Part shown: piece by piece, positions 58,727 through 64,000 of the stretch
Position numbering within the stretch: position 1 is the stretch's first letter
Layout: each line of letters starts with the position of its first letter
NCBI GenBank assembly: GCA_963734545.1
Contig: CAVTHO010000007.1
Location: 448,001 to 512,000, forward strand
Length of the DNA: 64,000 nucleotides
Source of the DNA: an uncultured Spirochaetota bacterium
GTDB lineage: Bacteria; Spirochaetota; Spirochaetia; SZUA-6; Fen-1364
Direction of reading: 5' to 3'
Program-made: the position numbers and the translations under genes
The notes under the pieces: model-generated
Seen by the model: only the letters and a program-made list of their open reading frames with translations
The model's database searches: none
Told to the model about the DNA's origin: nothing

Positions 58727-60183
58727 ATGAGCATGAAACGGCTCGCCGGCTTCGACAACCACGGTAAGCTCTATGACGACGGATCGCGCATGCGGCGCTC
58801 GGTCGACCAGGACCATCTCGCCTCCGCGCTGGGCGTGTTCGAGGCATTGAAGAGCGACTTGTCTCGACTTGGTATCGTGGAGACAGAGTATAGCCCGGAA
58901 GAAAACATGTTTGCCCACAAGAAGCACATAATAAGCTATCCGCACGAATGGACTGCGGGCATGCTCAAGGAGGCTGCGCTCTTTCATCTCGACCTTCTGA
59001 GGAAGCTCGATGAGAAAGACATCACCTTGAAGGACGCGCTCCCCGCGAATATTGTGTTCGATTTCACGACCCCGATATTCGTGGACTTCCTGTCTCAGGT
59101 AGGGAGAGAGGCGCTCGACCATGAAGATTGGGTCGTCACGGCAGCCGGGAAAAAATTCCGAGACTTCAGGCGCGCAATTCTGAAATGGATGTATCGTCCC
59201 TATTTCCTGGTTCCCCTTCTCGAGATGGGTCGGCGGCACTATCGCGTTGCGCGCACCCAGCTCTCTACGCAAGCCTGCAACATGGGCACCGACAGCCCGC
59301 GGCTCGAAATGCGCAGTGCCGCGCGACGAGTGCTCGACTTGGTCAAGGCCTTCGTCGGCATCAGGAACAACCGAATCGCAGAGACCCTGATATTATTGAA
59401 TGTCCGGCGGATTCTCGATGGGCGGCGCGGCGTGGGTTTCATACCGGATATCGGCCGCCTACAGCGGCTGATCCGCCGGTTGGACGTCACGCCATCAAGA
59501 AGCGGCTACTCGAGGTACTACGAGCTCAAAAACGAGGACTTCGACACTGTCAGCCAATCCGCTGGAAGCCGAAGCAGGTCAATGCTTTCAAGGTGCTCCA
59601 GCAGATCCGTCCGAGACGGGTCCTCGACATCGGAGCAAACACCGGGTGGTACTCGGTACTGGCGGAAAAGCAGGGTGCAGAGGTCATTGCCACGGACGTC
59701 GACGAGTCGTCCATTGAGACTCTCTACCAGTATTCCCGAGATCGCGGGCTGAGAATTCTTTCGCTGAATATCCCATTCGAGGCTCTGGAGACACAGATAT
59801 TCGCTAAGCCCTACCCGGCACCTGGGGAGAATAAAATCGACGGGGAGATTCCTTTGTTCATGAGTGCGACCGAACGACTCAAGGCGGACTTGGTGTTCTG
59901 CCTCGGGCTCATGCACCACCTGGTTCTTGGAGCGGGGATGCCCCTCGACCAGGTATTCAGTACCCTCGACAAACTAACGAGCAGGGCGCTGTTGCTGGAG
60001 TTCGTAGGCTTGGACGATCCCCTGGTCGTAGCCGACCCTTCCTTTTTTCCTTCAATATCCCAGCACAATGATTCTACCTATAGCCTGAATTTGACGATCA
60101 ATGCAGGGCTCAGGTGCTTCAAGACGTATCGTTTGCTTGATTCGAATCCAGACAGCAGGAAACTTATTGTTTTCGAGAAGTAG
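58727..60183 (+). CDS. NoeA-like protein: kinase-like N-terminus plus C-terminal SAM methyltransferase (frameshift near 59557)
   Basis: ISYPHEWT..MLKEAAL, LKDALPANIVF..FVDF; C-terminal VLDIGANTGWYS, LGLMHHL and LLLEFV. Confidence 0.7.
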
Positions 60184-60221
60184 GTCCTGTTGCTATTCAG
60201 TCAGGATCCGTAATGGGGAGG

Positions 60222-61265
60222 ATGGTAGTGGGAAAGATACTCATTACAGGTTGCGCAGGCTTCATTGGCGGGCATCTGACCAGCCATTTTCTAGGCCGAG
60301 GATTCGATGTCGTCGGCGTTGACAACCTTTCTCGCAATGGGAGCAGAGCGAATCTGGAGTGGCTCAAGCCGAGGGGATTGCGTTTTTTCGATGCCGACAT
60401 CAGGGACTTTCGCCGTCTCTCCGAAGTATTCACGCAGAACGGTGAGTTTGATCTGGTCATCCATGAGGCTGGGCAAGTCGCGGTCACGACCAGTGTTACG
60501 GATCCTCGCAACGATTTTGAGATAAACGCTCTAGGGACCTTCAACGTTCTTGAAGCGACCAGGCTCTTTTCACCCGGGGCTTTTTTTGAGTTTGCTTCCA
60601 CAAACAAGGTATACGGAGAAATGCTGGACATCCAGGTCGTCGAAAGGAACGGTCGGTATGACTATGAAAGAATCGGCACCGGAGTCGATGAAGCGCAGCC
60701 TCTGGATTTTCACTCTCCGTATGGATGCTCGAAAGGGGCCGCTGACCAATACGTGAGGGACTATAGCCGCATATATGGCTTGAAGACGGTCGTCCTGAGG
60801 CAGTCTTGTATCTACGGAACGAGACAATTCGGAATCGAGGACCAGGGGTGGGTCGCATGGTTTGCTATCGCGTCGCTCTTGAACAAGTCGATATCGATCT
60901 ACGGCGACGGCAAGCAATGCAGGGATATCCTTTGGATTGACGATCTGGTGGACGCGTACAGCCTTTTGTACGACAGGAAAGAGGACGTCGCCGGTCAAGT
61001 GTTCAATGTAGGCGGAGGACCTGACAATGTGCTATCTCTGCTCGAGTTGGTTGACTTGCTGAAAGAAGAAGGCCTGATGCAGCGTACGCCGGGGTTCGCA
61101 AATTGGCGGCCAGGCGATCAAAAGGTGTTCGTTTGCGATGTCGGCAAGATATGGAAAGCGATATCATGGCGACCAAAGACAGGCCCTGCAGAAGGTGTGA
61201 GCAGGTTGATCGCATGGTGCCGAGACAATCGCCCAATGCTGGAGAGCATACTCTCCCCGGCATAG
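60222..61265 (+). CDS. NDP-sugar epimerase, CDP-paratose 2-epimerase-like
   Basis: TGCAGFIG, HEAGQVAVTTS, STNKVYG, SPYGCSKG, RQSCIYG, EDQGWVAWF and WRPGDQ motifs. Confidence 0.85.
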   Translation: MVVGKILITGCAGFIGGHLTSHFLGRGFDVVGVDNLSRNGSRANLEWLKPRGLRFFDADIRDFRRLSEVFTQNGEFDLVIHEAGQVAVTTSVTDPRNDFEINALGTFNVLEATRLFSPGAFFEFASTNKVYGEMLDIQVVERNGRYDYERIGTGVDEAQPLDFHSPYGCSKGAADQYVRDYSRIYGLKTVVLRQSCIYGTRQFGIEDQGWVAWFAIASLLNKSISIYGDGKQCRDILWIDDLVDAYSLLYDRKEDVAGQVFNVGGGPDNVLSLLELVDLLKEEGLMQRTPGFANWRPGDQKVFVCDVGKIWKAISWRPKTGPAEGVSRLIAWCRDNRPMLESILSPA

Positions 61266-61281
61266 TTTCCGAGATAGAGAC

Positions 61282-62541
61282 ATGACGATATCCATCATTA
61301 TTCCAACGCACAACAGAGTGGAACAGCTGCGTACCGCAATCGAAAGCGTACTGTCTCTGGAAAATGATAGGACGGACTTCGAGTTCGTCGTTGTCGACAA
61401 CAATTCTACCGATTCTACAAAAAGCCTCGTGGAGTCCTATTCAAAGTACGCAAAATATGTGTTCGAGCCGCGGACTTCATTCACACGAGCCCGAAACAGT
61501 GGCGCCCAGCAGGCGTCCGGAGAAGTCCTGCTGTACCTTGACGACGATGTGATTGTCCAGGAGGGTTCGCTGCGAAAGGTCGCGCAGATTTTCGCAGACT
61601 GCCCCGGTTGCGGCGTAGTTGCAGGCCGGATACTGCCTCAGTTTGTTGAGCAGCCTCCGGAGTGGGCCCTTGACTGCCAGAAGAGCTTCAACGGTTGGTC
61701 TTTGTACGATCCCGAGCCCCCACGTACGGCGCATGGCACGGACATGTGGGAGGTGACTTGGGCTGCTGGGCCCATGATGGCTGTGCGGAAAAGCGCCTTC
61801 CTTGAAGTCGGAGGCTTTCCTCCAGATACCATTGGAGTTGAGACCAACCGAGAGTCCAACCAGTTCAACAAGCTTTATATCGGGCCGGGCGACTATGGGC
61901 TGTGCCACCTGTTAAGGCTTAAAGAGTACACGGTCAATTACAGCCCGGCAGTCTCTGCATATCATGTCATTCCCAGGATGCGATCAACAGTGCCTTTCTG
62001 GCGTTCAAGGATGATCGGAGAGGGCTACCATGCGGCCATCAGCAATAGGGAATTCTTCCGCATCGGGAATAGGGCTCTTCTGCAACGACGTAAGAAGAAC
62101 ATATTCGAGCTGTCATCCAGCCTCAGAAGGCTTGGCGCACGACTAGGCAAAGCAACAGGGCAACTGAAGCAGGGTCTCTTGCCGGAGGAGTTGTGGGTAC
62201 ACTACTACAAGGCCTATCTCGATATGGATTGGATTCTGGAGAGTCATCCCGATCTTGCGGGCTTTCTTTGGAAGATCGGGTACGATGGGGTGGACAACGA
62301 CAATTATGGCGAAGTGATGAATGCTCTTCCTGATGAGTTCAAGATGATGGTCAGCAATGAATATGTGTATGCAGAAAAGGTGTGCACGAGCAAGACGGAG
62401 CTGCTCTTCTTCATGCAGCAAAGGTCGTTTACGCGCCATGTGGGTAGTCCTATCGATCATCTCTACTTGACTGCAGTGCGGTCCGCGAAGCAAATCAAGG
62501 CTCGCCTGAGGGCCATCAAGCATCGGCTTGCCGGCGGATAG
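61282..62541 (+). CDS. Glycosyltransferase family 2
   Basis: SIIIPTHNR, VVDNNSTD, ARNSG, YLDDD and VGGF motifs. Confidence 0.88.
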   Translation: MTISIIIPTHNRVEQLRTAIESVLSLENDRTDFEFVVVDNNSTDSTKSLVESYSKYAKYVFEPRTSFTRARNSGAQQASGEVLLYLDDDVIVQEGSLRKVAQIFADCPGCGVVAGRILPQFVEQPPEWALDCQKSFNGWSLYDPEPPRTAHGTDMWEVTWAAGPMMAVRKSAFLEVGGFPPDTIGVETNRESNQFNKLYIGPGDYGLCHLLRLKEYTVNYSPAVSAYHVIPRMRSTVPFWRSRMIGEGYHAAISNREFFRIGNRALLQRRKKNIFELSSSLRRLGARLGKATGQLKQGLLPEELWVHYYKAYLDMDWILESHPDLAGFLWKIGYDGVDNDNYGEVMNALPDEFKMMVSNEYVYAEKVCTSKTELLFFMQQRSFTRHVGSPIDHLYLTAVRSAKQIKARLRAIKHRLAGG

Positions 62542-62601
62542 GCAGCCAGTTCGACGCCCGATATCGAAGTCAGCTGCGAGATCACTACAGGAGGATTACT
62601 C

Positions 62602-64000
62602 ATGAAGCTCTTTGTCCCGGGCCGCATCTGCCTGTTCGGCGAGCACAGCGACTGGGCGGGAGGCTACCGCCGGGTCAATTCTGCCATCAACAAGGGCTAC
62701 GCGATCATCGTTGGGACGAACCAGGGCCTTTACGCCGAGGTGGAAGCCCATGCCAACCGTTTTATAGTCGAGGTTTCCGGTTCGGAAAACGACTCGCGCC
62801 TGGACATCCCGATGGACCGCGATGTCCTGCTCCGGGAAGCTCAGACAGGTAGTTTCTTCAGCTATGTGTGCGGGGTGGCATACCAGATCCTCACGCACTA
62901 CGATGTGGGCGGCCTGCGGATTCGAAACCACACCACCGATCTGCCTGTCAAAAAGGGACTCTCATCAAGCGCCGCCGCCTGCGTGTTGGCAGCGCGAGCC
63001 TTCAACAAGGTCTACGATTTGAAGATGACTGTCCGCGGCGAAATGGAGTACGCCTACCTGGGGGAGGTCACCACGCCATCGCGGTGCGGTCGCATGGACC
63101 AGGGCTGCGCCTACGGGGGTCAGCCGATTCTCATGACTTTCGACGGTGATCATATCGACGTGACAGAGCTGCGGGTAGGAGCCGATCTTCATTTTGTCGT
63201 CGTCGATCTCAAAGCAGGCAAGAACACGAGGGAGATCTTGGCCGCCTTGAACAAGTGCTATCCGTTCGCCGACAGCGAGAAAGAGCGCGCCGTTCAGAGC
63301 TATCTGGGTCAGGAGAACGGCCGCATCGTGCAACAGGCATTGGCAGCTATCGAGAGCGGCGAGGTGCAACGCCTCGGCGAGCTCATGCGTGAAGCTCAAG
63401 CCGGCTTTGACCAGTACCTCGCGCCGCTCTGTCCCTCGCAGCTCACCGCGCCGATTCTTCACCAGTTGCTCGCGCACCCAGCTCTGCGGGCCATGGTACT
63501 TGGCGGGAAAGGGGTGGGCTCAGGCGGTGACGGTGCCGCACAACTCCTCTGCGTTGACGAGGAAACTCAAGCCCGCGTGATCGAAGTCGTGGAGGGACAG
63601 CTGGGCCTCCGCTGCCTCCCATTGACCATCCGCTCCGCAATGCGCGTGCGAAAGGCGGTCATTCCGGCCGCAGGATATGGCACTCGCCTGTTTCCTGCTT
63701 CAAAGGCGGTAAAGAAGGAGCTCTTCCCTGTGGTTGATGAGACAGGGCGCGCAAAGCCGGTCATCCTCGCCATCGTCGAAGAGCTGCTGCGATCCGGCAT
63801 TGAGCAGGTGGCTATCGTGATCCAAGAGCGGGATCGCGAGGCATTCGAGGGATTGTTTGGCGTTCTGCCCTCGGGAGACAACTACCGCAAGCTTTCCCCG
63901 CGAGATCAAGCCTACTGTCGGGAGCTACTCGAGATGGGACGCCATGTCTCTCTTGTGATTCAGGAATCGCAGGAAGGCTTCGGTCATGCAGTCTTATGTG
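62602..64000 (+). CDS. Bifunctional GHMP sugar kinase / GalU-like nucleotidyltransferase (runs off window)
   Basis: Own translation, absent from the ORF track: RBS GGAGG, MKLFVPGRICLFGEHSDW, LPVKKGLSSSAA, GRMDQ and GGKGVGSGGDG, then in frame RKAVIPAAGYGTRLFPASKAVKKE and QEGFGHAV. Confidence 0.88.
   Translation, partial: MKLFVPGRICLFGEHSDWAGGYRRVNSAINKGYAIIVGTNQGLYAEVEAHANRFIVEVSGSENDSRLDIPMDRDVLLREAQTGSFFSYVCGVAYQILTHYDVGGLRIRNHTTDLPVKKGLSSSAAACVLAARAFNKVYDLKMTVRGEMEYAYLGEVTTPSRCGRMDQGCAYGGQPILMTFDGDHIDVTELRVGADLHFVVVDLKAGKNTREILAALNKCYPFADSEKERAVQSYLGQENGRIVQQALAAIESGEVQRLGELMREAQAGFDQYLAPLCPSQLTAPILHQLLAHPALRAMVLGGKGVGSGGDGAAQLLCVDEETQARVIEVVEGQLGLRCLPLTIRSAMRVRKAVIPAAGYGTRLFPASKAVKKELFPVVDETGRAKPVILAIVEELLRSGIEQVAIVIQERDREAFEGLFGVLPSGDNYRKLSPRDQAYCRELLEMGRHVSLVIQESQEGFGHAVLC

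Noticed and set aside
1-64000. Mobile elements, prophage, tRNA/rRNA, CRISPR-Cas or clear anti-phage systems
   Set aside because: No transposase, integrase, phage structural, cas or RNA-gene signatures recognised. The DinG and UvrD helicases lie in housekeeping context.

Overview
GC-rich bacterial chromosome segment, most likely from a free-living spirochaete (Spirochaetia). This is inferred from a Borrelia/Treponema-like murG-delta'-PAS kinase-sigma54 activator gene run, a stand-alone groES near a second sigma70-family gene, a long-form GlyA and a DUF6675-like protein. Positions 1-37.9 kb are mostly housekeeping: a TPP-riboswitch-controlled thiBPQ, murG, a two-component pair plus MCP, wecA-like gene, DapF-like gene, lysC, PNP, a JAB-DinG fusion, groES, a sigma factor behind a consensus sigma54 promoter, a diguanylate cyclase, UvrD/Rep, argH, rsmI, a ZTP-riboswitch-controlled glyA, and a small ketosynthase/glycosyltransferase/SDR island. 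Positions 37.9-64 kb are a large surface-glycan locus: Wzi-like outer-membrane protein, MarR-type regulator, GDP-heptose pathway, Ugd, Wzm/Wzt, a variant pseudaminic-acid pathway, methyltransferases, a KpsS-like transferase, GT2 and a kinase-nucleotidyltransferase fusion. About 20 single-base frameshifts, mostly at short homopolymers and including essential-type genes, suggest uncorrected sequencing indels. Best leads: a Hk2/Rrp2-RpoN-RpoS-like cascade; a GGA-hairpin tandem repeat resembling a CsrA sponge; a pseudaminic-acid pathway with a TIM-barrel metallohydrolase and a formyltransferase where PseG and PseH usually sit; a PpyS/OleA-like ketosynthase island; and catalytically degenerate DapF and PanE homologues. 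All assignments come from reading motifs by eye; no database searches were run.
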